In this document: positions 14,049 through 27,008 of the stretch, piece by piece
How the letters are laid out: each line of letters begins with the position of its first letter
Position numbering within the stretch: the stretch's first letter is position 1
Assembly (NCBI RefSeq): GCF_004010195.1
Contig: NC_057719.1
Location: 89,644,835-89,708,834 of the forward strand
DNA length: 64,000 nucleotides
Reading direction: 5' to 3'
Origin: Chiloscyllium plagiosum
Lineage: Eukaryota
Program-made: the position numbers and the translations under genes
Notes under the pieces: generated by a model
Seen by the model: the letters and a program-made list of their open reading frames with translations, nothing else
Told to the model about the DNA's origin: nothing
Database searches by the model: none

Positions 14049-14355
14049 ATTAGATTAGATTACTTACAGTATGGAAACAGGCCCTTCGGCCCAACAAGTC
14101 CACACCGACCCGCAACCCACCCAGACCCATTCCCCTACATTTATTACCTAACACTATGGGCAATTTAGCATGGCCAATTCACCTAACCTGCACATCTTTG
14201 GACTGTCGGAGGAAACCGGAGCACCCGGAGGAAACCCACGCAGACACGGGGAGAACGTGCAAACTCCACACAGTCAGTTGCCTGAGGCGGGAATTGAACC
14301 CGGGTCTCTGGCGCTGTGAGGCAGTAGTGCTAACCACTGTGCCACCATGCCGCCC
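14049..14355 (-). mobile_element. HE1-type V-SINE
   Basis: A box TGGTTAGCACT, B box GGTTCAATTCC, (TCTAA)n tail. Confidence 0.92.
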
Positions 14356-17300
14356 ACACATTAATGACTAAAACTTTTTTATTAGCAGTAGGTAATGTTT
14401 CAAAATCAACATTTCAAGTTTGATGGGCAACTGAAAAACAGGAGGAGGAAATAGAGTTCTTTCCCAACATACACTTCAGGCAGCAGCACTGAAGTAGAGC
14501 ATCCAAGAACATGGTGTGTGGTTCGGCTGTAAGAGTACCTCAGGCAGACCCATTCGGTTTTTTTTCCCCATAACCTGGAATTCTTTTCTCTGTAGGTAAT
14601 CATCCAATTCCCTATCATATTCACAACTGACTCTGCCTCCATTGCACTGTTGCACAGTGCATTCCGATACCTAAATGGGCTGGGGAACTAGGTTCATTTG
14701 AAATAAGAGCTGGATACATACTGAAGGGGAAACAAAAAAAGAGGGCTATAGCAAAACAAAACTGGGACTAATTGTCCTGTTCTTCCACAGAGCAGGGCAT
14801 CCTGAAGGCGGAGGTTGGGAAGACAGAAGTTGTGGTATATATTGGTACCAACATTACAGGAAAAGCAAGGGATGAGGCCTTGCAACAAGAGTTCAGAAAG
14901 CTAGACAGCAGACTGAAGAACAGGACCTCAAAGGTGTAATCTCAGGATTACTGCTGGTGCCACAGGCTAGCAAGCTAAGAAAGAGGAGAATAGAGTAGAT
15001 GAATGCGTGATTCAAGAATTGGTGCAGGAGGGAGGGTTTTAGATTCCTGGACCACTGGGACCTTTTCTGGGAAAGTTCGACCTCTACAAGCACGGTGGTC
15101 TGCATCTGAACTAGAATGGGACCAACATCCTTGTAGGAGGTTTGCTAGTGGGAGGAATTTAAACTCATTTAGTGAAGCAGAAGTCATGGTGCATTTGTTC
15201 AAGAGAAAAAGAGCTTAAATGGAGTTCAATATGTATCTCTAGGGAAAAAGTAAATTGAGAGCAGATATGAAGACAATTCACTGAAGGGTGTAAAAACAAT
15301 AACAGGATAAGTTCAGGGCATTCTGCTATTACACGATGGTTCATTCCTCTGCAATCTTGCGCTACAGAAAGCTGCTATAGAAAATTGCTGCATCTGTTCA
15401 ACAGAAAGTTCACATCATCCAAACAACATTCAAATTCGCCAATCACATTATAGTCAATTTGCTTTGACAAAACACGCGTTATACTAGGGGAACACATATG
15501 TTAGGGATATTCAACTATCCAAATATTAAATTGGAATAATCATTGTATGAAGAGTCAAGAGGAGGTGGATTTCTTGGAAATACACAGGTCAGTATTTTAT
15601 ATCAACATGCAGATGGTTCTTCAAGAGATGGAATAACGCTGGACTTAGTTTTAGGGAATGAAGCTGACAGGGGGTCAAAGTGACAATGGATCAGCATTTC
15701 CATGACACAATGCATTTTGAGTTTTGCTGTGGAAAAAATGAAAAATGGGGCTCCAAGAGGAGGATTTTGGATTGGTTTAAGGTAGACCGTATTAAAATAA
15801 GGCAGGATGTGGCCAAATCTAGGAAGGAGGTGATGGCCTAGTAGTATTATTGCCAGACTATTAATCCATAACCTTAGTAGGCTCTGGGGACCATGACAGA
15901 TGGTGGAATTTGAATTCAATTTTAAAAATACCTGGAATTAAGAATCTACTGATGACCATGAATTCATTGTCGATTGTCAGGATTACTGCTGGTGCCACAG
16001 GCTAGCAATGTCCTTCATCCTCAACTGGTCTGGTCTACGTATAACTCCAAACCCACAACAATGTGATTGGTTTTCACTTGCCATCTGAGATGGCTTAGTA
16101 AGCTAGTTATACCAATTGCTAGAAAGTCTCACAGAACTGAAACCAGATAGATCACCTGGCATCGACCTCGGCATCAGAAAAGACAACGACAGAAACAGTC
16201 CTGCAAAGATATCCTTACTAATGTCAAAATTGGGAGAGATGTGTCACAGACTAGTCAAGCAATAGCCTGACATTGTCTGAAAGGCATGATTCTGTGAGAA
16301 TGAATATGTCCCAGACACCACCATCCTTGGATGTGTCCTATCCCACTGGCAGGTCAGACCCAGAGGTGGTAGCACAGTGGTAAACAGTCAGGAGGGACTT
16401 GGCTCAGGAGTGTTCCAACATACATTCTGGACCTCATGAAGTCTCATGGCTTCAGGTTAAACATGGACTTGGAAAGGTCTACTCTAGCAACTCAAGACTG
16501 GGCATACATGAGGCACTGTGGGCCAACAGTAGCAGAACTGTAGTCCAGCACAATCTGCATCCTCATGGCCCAGCATATCCCCACTCAACCATTATCTTCA
16601 AGCCAGTAGATTAACCCTTGTTTAATGGAGAATGCAGGAGGGCACAGAAGAATGGAACAAAACAGCACAGGACCAGGTCCTTAGGCCTGCCAATCTTATG
16701 CTGACATATTTTGCCCTTCCATACTAAAACTCTTGCCTACATGATCTATATCCCTCTATTCCTTCCTATTCATGTACTTGTCCAGGTGTTATTTGAATGC
16801 TGCTATAGTGTCTGCTTCCACCACCTCCTCTTTCCAGGTATTCACCATCCTTGTGTGAAAAAAATGTCTTGCATATCTCTTTTAAACTTCGTCCCGCCCT
16901 TGCACCTTGAATTTGTGTCCCCTAGTAATTGACCCCTCCACCCTGGGAAAACGCCTCATACGTTCCACTCTATGCCATTCAAAATCTTATAAACTTCTAT
17001 CAGGTTGCCCATCAACTTCCTGCAATCCAGTGAAAACAAACCCAGTCTATACAACCTTTCTTCATAGTTACAATCCCCCATACTAGGCAACATCCTAGTA
17101 AACCTTTTCTGTACCCTCTCCAAAGAATTCACATCCTTCTGGTAGTGTGGTGACCAGAATTGTATACAAGTATGGCCTAACTAAAGTTCTATAAAGCTTC
17201 AGCATAACTTGCCGAACCTTATACTCAATGTCAGAGGCCTTTTTTACTACCTTATCGCTGCCATCTTCAGTGTTCTGTTGCCCTGCTTACCCAGATCTCC

Positions 17301-17971
17301 CTGCATATCAATACTAAGGGTTCTTCTTTTCACTGTATAATTCCCACTTGTACTTGACCTTCCAAAAACGGATCACCTTACACTTGTCTGAATTAAATTC
17401 CAAGTGCCAGTTTTCTGCCCATGCCTCGAACTGATCTATTTCCTGTTGTACCCTCTGGCAAATTTCCTCACTATCTGCAACCCTACCGATCTTTGTATCA
17501 TCCGCAAACTTACAAATTAGACCAGCTAGTTTTTCTCCAAATCATTTACATAGTTCACTTACAGCAGAGGTCTCAGCACTGACCCCAGTGCAACATCACT
17601 CGTCATAATGCTCCATTCCAAAAAGCATCTTTCCACTGCAACCCTCTGTTTCCTATGGAGCAGCTACCAGGCATACCTGAAGATGAGGTGTCAACCTGGT
17701 GAAGCTGCCAAACAGCACCACTTACATGCCAAGTGATAAAGCGATCCCACAACCAGCAGATGAGATCTAAGCTCTGCAGTCCTGTCATGAATGGTGGTGG
17801 ACAATTAAACAACTCACTGGAGGAGGTGACTCCTCAAATATCCCCAACGTTAATATGAAACAGCCACGCACATCATTGCAAAAGATAAGGCTTTGCAGTA
17901 ATCTTCAACCAGAAGTGCCACGCGGACTATCCATCTTGACCGCCTTCAGGTGGTCCACGGCATTATAGATA

Positions 17972-18181
17972 CAGTCGGTTCTGTTATAATGCGGTAGTTC
18001 CATCCTCATGCAATCACGTGTTATAAGAAAATAGTGTAATAGCAGCACCATTAAAGTTAAGGGGGTGGGAGAATGGAATCACATGATAACCAATACACGC
18101 TTTAAAAGTCTGTGCTTTAGAAACAATGTCCCCCAATAGCAAATTCACATTAAAGAAACTGCCTTATAACAGAATGGCCTG
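17972..18181. mobile_element. Tigger-like MITE
   Basis: TIRs CAGTCGGTTCTGTTATAATGC / GCCTTATAACAGAATGGCCTG, TA flanks. A degenerate relative lies at ~15314-15500. Confidence 0.7.
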
Positions 18182-18459
18182 TACCAGGCTTTAGCCAATT
18201 CGATTCACTCATGTGGTACCAAGGAATGGTTGAGAAATTGATACTGCAAAGACTACAGGCCCTGATACCATTCCAGCAATAATATTGAAGGCTTGTGCTC
18301 CAGAAATTGCTGCTCCCCTAACCAAGCTATTCCAGCACAGTCGTAAAACTGGCATCTATCCGGCAAAGTGGAAAATTGTCCAGATATGTCCTGCACATAA
18401 AAGCAGGACAAATCCAACCAAGCTAATTATTGCCCCATCAGTCTACTCTCTATCATCAA

Positions 18460-19110
18460 GGAGGAGAAAGTGAGGACTGCAGATGCTGGAGATCAGAGCT
18501 GGAGGAAAGCGGTGCTGAGTTCGAGGGATTTGACTGAGACAACGTGGGGGGAGGGGAAATGACGAAACTGGAGAAATCTGAGTTCATCCCTTGTGGTTGG
18601 AGGATTCCCAGGCAGAAGATGAAGCGCTCTTCCTCCAACCGTCGTGTTGCCATGGTCTGGCGATGGAGGGGTCCAAGGACCTGCATGTCCTTGGTGGAGT
18701 GGGAGGGGGAGTTAAAGTGTTGGGCTACGGGGTGGTTGGGTTGGTTGGTCCGGGTGTCCCAGAGGTGTTCTCTGAAACATTCCGCAAGTAGGCGGCCTGT
18801 CTCCCCAATATAGAGGAGGCCACATCCGGTGCAGCGGATGCAATAGATGATGTGTGTGGAGGTGCAGGTGAATCTGTGGCGGATATGGAAGTTTCCTTTG
18901 GGGCCAAAGGATGCAATAGATGATATGTGTGAACTCCACCTATCGCAATTCCAACGCCCCTCCCCCAAGTCCCTCCTCCCTACCTTTTATCTTAACCTGC
19001 TGGACACACTTTCCTCATTCCTGAAGAAGGGCTTATGCCCGAAACGTCGATTCTCCTGTTTTTTGGATGCTGCCTGACCTGCTGCGCTTTTCCAGCAACA
19101 CATTTTCAGC
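18460..19110. mobile_element. PLE family-A insertion: minus-strand GIY-YIG ORF end plus inverted pLTR
   Basis: ORF 18456-18968 contains IIYCIRCTGCGLLYIGETGR..REH. 14-bp TSD CTCTCTATCATCAA (18446-59, 19110-23). Confidence 0.9.
19017..19052 (+). ncRNA. Minimal hammerhead ribozyme motif (PLE family A)
   Basis: UC-CUGAAGA-A-GGGC(UUAU)GCCC-GAA-ACGU-C/GA: core, stem II, palindromic ACGU and GUC triplet. Slightly damaged copies at 11167 and 33517. Confidence 0.65.
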
Positions 19111-19454
19111 TCTCTATCATCAACACATGCTCAGCAGATTGCTCACTGATGCCCAATTTGGGTTTCACCAGAGCCACTCAATTTCTGATCTCATTACAGC
19201 CTAGGTTCAAACATGGATAAATGAGCTGACATGAGATAAGAGTGACAGCCCTTAACATCACGGCTGCATTTGACAGTGTAGCAGCAAGGAGCCCCAGAAA
19301 AACTCAAATCAATGCGTGCTAATGTGTTGCAAACTGTCCGGTAGTCAAACCTGGAACATAGGGAGATGCTTGTTAGAAATCAGTCATTTGAGCTCCAAGA
19401 CATCTCTGCAGGAGCTCCTCAGGGTAGTGTTGTTGGGCCAATCATCTTCATTAA

Positions 19455-22400
19455 TAGTCACTGGGTAGTTTATAGTTAGGGGGGGACAGATAAGAGGTTC
19501 TGTGGGAATGAGAGAGACTCATGGTTGGTATGTTGACTCCCAGGTGCCATGGTCAGTGAAGTCTCAGATTGTGTTTTCAGGATCATTAAGTGGGAGGAGG
19601 AGTAGCCCTAAGTCTTGGTCTCCATGGGCACTAACGACATAGGTAGGAAAAGGGATAGGGATGTAAAGCAGAAAGTCAAGGAGCTAGGGTGGAAGCTTAG
19701 AGCTAGAACAAACAGCTCTGTGGTTTGTTAACTGTGCCAACGAGGCAAGGAATAAGGAGAAAGAGCAGTTGAATACGTGGCTACAGAGATGGTGCAGGAG
19801 GGAGGGATTCAGATACCTGCTCATTCTGGGGTAGGGGGGACCTCTACAGACCAGTGGGGTACCAATATCCTTGGTGGGGATGGGGGGGGGGACCTTCACT
19901 ATAGCTCCAGTATTCAGGAAGCTGAGAGTGGTGAAGTTTTAAGGTTGCAAGGATGTACCAACAGACAGGACAGTGGTTTGAAGTGTGTCTACTTCAATGC
20001 CAGGTGCATCGGAATAAGGTGGTTGAACTTGCAGTATGGTTTGGTACCTGGGACTTCGATGTTGTAGCCATTTCAGAGACATGGATAGAGAAGGGACTGA
20101 AATAGCTGTTGCAGGTTCTGGGGTTTAGATGTTTCAGTAAGAACAGAGAAGGTGGTAGAAGAGAAGGAGGTGTGGCATTGTTAGTCAAAGACAATATTAC
20201 GGTGGCAGAAGGGACGTTTGATGAGGACTCATCTACTGAGGTAGCATGAGCTGAGGTTAAAGACAGGAAAGGAGAAGTCACCCTGTTGGGAGTTTTCTAT
20301 AGGACTCCAAATAGTTCCAGAGATGTAGAGGAAAGGATAGCAAAGATGATTCTGGATAGGAATGAGAGTAACAGGGTAGTTGTTATGGGGATCTTTAATT
20401 TTCCAAATATTGACTGGAAATACTGTGGTTTGAGTACTTTAGATGGGTCAGTTTTTGTCCAATGTGTGCAGGAGGGTTTCCTGACACAGTATGTAGACAG
20501 GCCAAGAAGGGGTGAGGCCACATTGGGTTTGGTACTGGATAATGACCCAGGTCAGGTGTTAGATTTGGAAGTAGGTGAGCACTTTGGTGATAGCAACCAG
20601 AATTCAGTTATGTTTACTTTAGTGATGGAAAGGGAGAGGTATATACCGCAAGACAAGAGTTATAGCTGGGGAAAGGCAACTATGATGCAATTAGGCATAG
20701 AATGGGGAAAGAGATTGCAATTAAAACGTGGAGATTGTACAAGGAACAGCTACTGCGTGTCCTTGATAAATATATATCTGTCAGGCAAGGGTGAAGTGGT
20801 CGAGCAAGGGAACCATGGTTTACTAAAGACGTTGCATATTTTGTCAAGAGGAAGAAGGAGGCTTATGTTAGGATGAGACACGAAGGCTCAGTTAGGGCAC
20901 TTGAGAGTTGCAAGTTAGCCAGGGAGGACCTAAAGAGAGAGCTAAGAAGAGCCAGGAGGGGACATGAGAAGTCGTTGGCAGGTAGGATCAAGGAAAACCT
21001 TAAAGCTTTCTCTAGATATGTCAGGAATAAAACAATGACTGGAGTAAGATTAGGGCCTGTCAAGTACAGTAGTGGGAGGTCATGCATGGAGTCTGAGGAA
21101 ATAGGAGAGGCGCTAACTGAATACTTTTCATCAGTATTCACACTGAAAAAAGACAATGCTGTCGAGGAGAATACTGAGATACAGGCTTTTAGATTAGACA
21201 AGATTGAGGTTTATAATGAGGAGGTGTTAGCAATTCTGGAAATTCCCCTGGGCCGGATGGAATTCATCCTAGGATTCTCTGGGAAGCCAGAGAGGAGATT
21301 GCACAAACTTTGGCTTTGATCTTAATGTCATCATTGTCTACAGGAGTAGTGCCAGAAGACTGGATGATAGCAAATGACCCCTTGTTCAAGAAGGGGAGTA
21401 GAGACAACCGTGGTAATTATAGACTAGTGAGCCTTACTTCACTGGTGGGTAAAGTGTTGGGATTTATAATCATGTAGAGAGGAATAAGTTGATTAGGGAT
21501 AGTCAACATGGTTTTGCGAAGGGTAGATTGTGCCTCGCAAACCTTATTGATCTCTTTGAGAAGGTGACCAAACAGATGGATGAGGTTAAAGTGGTTGATG
21601 TGGCGTACAGAGGAACCTAGATTATCTGGCATTTGATTATCCGAATATCAAATTATCGGCAAGATCATAAGGTCCCGATGCTTGGCTAAACTACGTTATC
21701 CAGAATCGATTAACCAAACAAAATATTCCCCACCCGTGTCTTTTGGATAATCAAGGTTCCTCTGTATATGGATTTCAGTAAAAGTGTTTGATAAGATTCC
21801 CCAAGGTAGTCTATTGCACAAAATACGGAGTCATGGGATTGAAGTTGATTCAGCTGTTTGGATCAGAAATTGGCTAGCTCAAAGAAGAGAAAGGGTGGTG
21901 GTCGATGGGGAAATCATCCTGGAGTTCAAGTGCTGCAAGGATCTGTTTTGGGACTAGTGCTGTTTGTCATTTTTATAAATGATCTGGATGAGGCGTAGAA
22001 GGATGGGTTAGTAAATTTGCAGATGACATGAAGGTCGGTGGAATTGTGGACAGTGCTGAAGGATGTTGCAGGTTACAAAAGGACATAGATAAGCTGTAGA
22101 GATGGGCTGACGGGTGGCAAATGGAGTTTAATGTGGAAAAGTGTGAGGTGATTCACTTTGGAAGGAGTAACAGGAATACAGAGTACTGGGCTAATGCAAA
22201 GATTCTTGGCAGTGTGGATGAGCAGAGAGATCTCGGTGTCCATGTGCATAGATCCCTGAAAGTTGCCACCCAGGTTGATAGGGCTGTTAAGAAGGTGTAC
22301 AGTGTGTTAGCTTTTATTGGTAGGTGGATTGAGTTTCAAAGCCATGAAGTCATGTTGGAGTTGTACAACATTGTACAACTCCGGTGCAGCTGCACTTAGG

Positions 22401-22915
22401 GGTACTGCATACAGTTCTGGTCTCTACGTTACAGCAAGGACATGGAAGCATTGGAAAGGATGCAGAGGAGATCTACCAGAATGTTGCCTGGTATGGAGGG
22501 AAGGTCTTATGAGGAAAGGCTGAGAGACTTTGAGGCTGTTTTCGTTAGAGAGAAGGTTAAGAGTTGACTTTATAGAGACATACAAGATGATCAGAAGATT
22601 AGAGAGACTGGACAGCGACAGCCTTTTTCCTCAGATGGCTAGCACGACAGACATAGCTTTAAATTGAGCGGTAATAGATATAGGACAGATGTCAGAGGTA
22701 GGTTCTTTACTCAGAGAAGAGTAAGGGGTGTGGAAAACTCTGCCTGCAACTATAGTAGACTCACCAACTTTAAGAGCATTTAAATGGTTATTGGATAAAC
22801 ATATGGATGATAATGGAATGGTGTAGGATAGATGAACATCAGATTGGTTTCACAGATCGGCACATCATCGAGGGCCAAAGGGCTGAACTGTGCCGTAATA
22901 TTCTATGTTTTTTCC
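19455..22915 (+). mobile_element. Near full-length decayed CR1 LINE (ORF1 3' part, APE endonuclease, RT)
   Basis: GVFYRTPNS..VVMGIFNFPNID (APE), SKFADD (RT), MEFNVEKCEVIHFG, TTCTATG-type tail. Confidence 0.9.
21608..21764. mobile_element. Tc1/mariner-Tigger-like MITE
   Basis: TIRs CAGAGGAACCTAGATTATC / GATAATCAAGGTTCCTCTG, TA TSD, inside the CR1 RT. Confidence 0.85.
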
Positions 22916-24458
22916 TCAATGGCCTTCTTTCCGTCTTAACATTAGAAGTGGGAATGTTTGCTAATGATTGCACAATGTCAAGCACCATTCGCGACTCCTC
23001 AGATATTAAAGCAGTCCATTCTTCAAATGCAACATCTGGACAATATCCAGGCCTGGGCTGACAAATAGTAAGCAACATTTGCACCACAGCAATGCCAGGC
23101 TATGACCATCACCAATAAGAAACAAACAAACAAACAAACAAACAATCTAACTACTGCCCCTTGACATTCAATAGTGTTACCATGACTGAATTTCCCACTA
23201 TCAACATCCCGGGGGTTATCATTGACCAGAACTGGATTCACAACATAAACACAGTAGTGAAAAGAGCAGGTCAGAGACAAGGAATACTACAGCAAGTAAC
23301 TCATCTTCTGACTCCCCAAAGCCTGTCCACCATCTACAAAGCACAAGTCACGAGTGTGATGGAATATTCTCCACTTGAGTGGATGAGTGCAGCTCCGATA
23401 TCACTCAAGAAGCTTGACACCATCCAAGATTAAACAGCCATATTTGATTGGCACACACCCATAAGCATTCTCTCCCTCCACCACTGACACGCAGTTTCAG
23501 CACTGTGTACTAAGATGCACTCAGAAATTCACTGAAGATCCTCCAACAGCACCTTCCAAACCCACGACCACTCCCAGCTAGAAGGACAAGGGTAGAAGAT
23601 ACATGGGAACATCATCTTCAAGTACTCCTTCAAGACAATGACATTCCTGACTTGGAAATATATCGCCACACTTTCACTGTCGTTGAGTCAAAAATCCTGG
23701 AATTCCTAGCCTAAATGGCATTGTCAACTACCACACAGCAGGTAACTGCAGCGATTCAAGAAGGAAGCTCATCACCACCTTCTCACGGGCATCTAAGGAC
23801 GGGTAATAAATGCTGGCCAACCAGCAATGTCTGCATTCCACAAATGATTAAAACAACGTGATTTAAGATAAGCTACTTCAGAATACATCTACAGCAGAAC
23901 AGCGGAGGGTGCTTAAAAAGGTACAGGGAGTCGGGGACACAGCCCAACATGCTCCCTTTATGATAAAATGTAGGAGCAACAAAACCCAGAGAACCCTGGG
24001 TTTCTAAGAATATTCGGCACTGGATAATGTACAGAGCACAATAGATGCAAAATTAAAGAAATCAATTAGGAGAGTGATAGGAAAACACTGACAGATACGA
24101 TTAAGAGAATCCCACAATATTCTATAATTATGTCAAAGGAAAGAGGCTAACCAGGGAAAGAATAGGGACTATTTGGAATCAACTAAGCAATCTGTTTGCG
24201 AAGCCGGAAGATAGTGAAAGAGTGTTAAATGAGTACTTACATCTGTCTGTACTGGGGAGAATGCAAGTGCAGAACTTGAGAAGATGGTTAACTGTGACAG
24301 CAGATCAGTATAAGAAATGAGCAGGTATTGGGGGTTTCAGCAGTTAGAAGTGGACAAATCAGTGCCCGTCCTACTGCGAGTAGCAATAAGAGGACTTGAT
24401 TAATGAGTGGTTGAGAAGCTGGTACAGGGGCAAGAATTCAGAGTTTTAGATATTGGTA

Positions 24459-24768
24459 CAGGTAGACAATCCTTTATCCAAAATCCCGAAATCCGAAAAG
24501 CTCCAAAGTGTTTTTGTGAAGTTTTTTCCTCACTAACAAGGTTGTAGTTAACCCAACTCCACTTGACCCATGTCACACTGGGGACGTGGCCTAGCACAGG
24601 GAGGTGTCAATGCTGTCTCAGGGCCCGTAGTATTCACAGGTGTTTCTGCTGTTCCGTCAGATTTTCAAAAATTTCACTGTTAAACTGTCACTTATTCCGA
24701 AATCTGAAAAAGTCCGAATTCTGAAACCAGCTGGTCCCGAGGATTTCGAATAAAGGATTGTGTACCTG
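24459..24768. mobile_element. Tigger-like MITE
   Basis: TIRs CAGGTAGACAATCCTTTATCC / GAATAAAGGATTGTGTACCTG, TA TSD. Confidence 0.88.
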
Positions 24769-25736
24769 TATCTCCTCTGGGGCAGAAATGACCTGTAAAA
24801 GAGGGATGAGTTACACATGAACTAGACAGCTTCCAATTTCCTGTTGGAGAAATTTGCAGAGCTCCTCAGGAGGGTTCAAACCAGTGTGGAAGCTGCAGGA
24901 TGCAGAATCCTCAGCAGTACTGAGAAAAGAGGTTGCTTCAGAAGTTAAAGGGAGCAAGATAATTAGACAAGGCAGTCAAGAGCAAGGCAGAGAACAAGGC
25001 AAGACTGAGGAATTAAATTGCATTTATTTCAGTGGAAGTGAGGCAGATTAATTCAGGGTACGGATGGGAACATGGGACTGCGGTATCATAGTTATTACTG
25101 AAACATGGCCAAGGGAGACAGGACTAACAGCTCAGTGTTCCAGGGTATAAATGTTATAGGAAGGATTGAAGGGAAGGCAAGAAAGAAGGGGCAGTGGAGT
25201 TTTTGATTCGGGAAAATATCACACAATACTTAGGATATTCCTGCCGGATTATCAAGTGAAGCCATAGGCAGAACTGAGAAATAAGAAGGGAGTAATCAGT
25301 CTGATGGGGTTGCAATATAGACCTCATCTAATAGTCAGTGGAAAATTGAGGAGCAAACATGTCGGGATATCTCAGATATCTGAAAGAGTTTTCACAGTAG
25401 AGGATTTTAACTTTCCAAACATAGACTGGATTGCCATAGTGTTAGGGGCTTGGATGGGAGCAATCTATTAAGTGTGTATAAAAACATTTTCTTTATCAAT
25501 ATGCAGATGGGCCGACTAGAGAAGAAGCAAAATGCTACCTTCTCTTGTGAAATAAGACAGGGAAAGTGACTGAGGTGTTAGTGGGGGAACACTTTGGGAC
25601 CAGTGACTATAATTGTATTAGTTTTAAAATAGCTGAGGAAAAGGATAGACCTTGTATAGGGCCAAAAGGGGATTCGAGAAAGCTTTGGCAGATGGAAGAT
25701 GACATGGAAGCTAGGGAACTTGGGGTAGTTAGAACT

Positions 25737-27008
25737 ACCACAGTGGATACAGGCTCTTCGGCCCAACAAGTCCACATCAACCCTCCGAATCCCAGCCAAA
25801 CACATTTCCCATTACTGTACATTTACCCCTCATTAATGCACCTAACCTACATATCCCTGAACACTATGGACAATTTAGTAGGGCCATTTCACCTAACCTG
25901 CACATAGAGTCATAGAGATGTACAGCATGGAAACAGACCCTTCGGTCCAACTCGTCCATGTCAACCAGATATCCCAACCCAATCTAGTCCCACCTGCCAG
26001 CACCCAGCCCATATCCCTCCAAACTCTTCCTCTACATATACCCAGCCAAATGCCTTTTAAATGTTGCAATTACACCAGCCTCCACCACTTCCTCTGGCAG
26101 CTGATTCCATACACATACCACCCTCTGCGTGAAAATGTTGCCCCTTTTATATCTTTCCCCTCTCACCCTAAACCTATGCCCTCTAGTTCTGGACTCCCCC
26201 ATCTATCCATGCCCCTCGTGATTTTATAAACCTCTATAAGTTCACCCCTCAACCTCCGACGCTCCAGAGAAAACAGCCCCAGCCTGTTCAGCCTCTCCCT
26301 ATAGCTCAAATCCTCCAACCCTGGCAACATCCTTGTAAAACTTTTCTGAACCCTTTCAAGTTTTATGACATCTTTCCGATAGGAAGGAGGCCAGAATTGC
26401 ATGCAATATTCCAACAGTGGCCTAACCAATGTCTTGTGTAGCCACAATATGACCTCTCCTGTACTCTGACCAATAAAAGAAAGCATCCCAAACGCCTTCT
26501 TCACTATCCTATCTACCTGTGACTCCATTGCGGGAGGAAACCGAAGCACTCAGGGGAAACCCACGCAGACACGGGGAGAATTTGCAAACTCCACGGTGTT
26601 TCAGGGGCACGGTGGCTCAGTGGTTCGCACTGCTGCCTCACAGCACCAGGGACCTGGGTTCGATTCCCGCCTGTCTGTGTGGAGTTTGCACTATCTCCCC
26701 GTGTCTGCGTGGGTTTCCTCCGGGTGCTCCGGTTTTATCCCACAAGCCAAAGATGTGCAGGTCAGGTGAATTGGCCATGCTACATTGCCCAATGTTAGGT
26801 GCATTAGTCAGTGGTAAATATAGGGTAGGGGAATGGGTTTGGGTGGGTTACACTTTGGAGAGGCAGTGTGGACTTGTTGGGCCGAAGGACCTGTTTCCAC
26901 ACTGTAGAAAATCTAATCCACACATACAGTCGCCAGAGGCTGGAATCAAACTCGGGTCTCTGGCACTGTGAGGCAACAGTGCTCGCCACTGAGCCACCAT
27001 GCCGCCCC
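25737..27008 (-). mobile_element. HE1 SINE split by a minus-strand CR1 3' fragment (~25905-26530) and a nested plus-strand HE1 (~26603-26916)
   Basis: HE1 pieces are collinear once the inserts are removed. Confidence 0.8.

Larger units (their letters stand above)
15820..19455 (+). mobile_element. Old L2/CR1-like LINE/SINE mosaic hosting a CR1 (16640-17650, minus), a MITE and a PLE; its 3' part likely continues at 22900-23850
   Basis: KACAPEIAAPLTKLFQ..GIYPAKWKI and LSTIYKAQV..MEYSP motifs. The 3' tail is shared with 11770-12010. Confidence 0.65.

Noticed and set aside
14156..14371. Recurrent ORFs MGNLAWPIHLTCT.. / GGTVVSTAASQRQR.. resembling a small gene family
   Set aside because: Chance translations of HE1 SINE copies.
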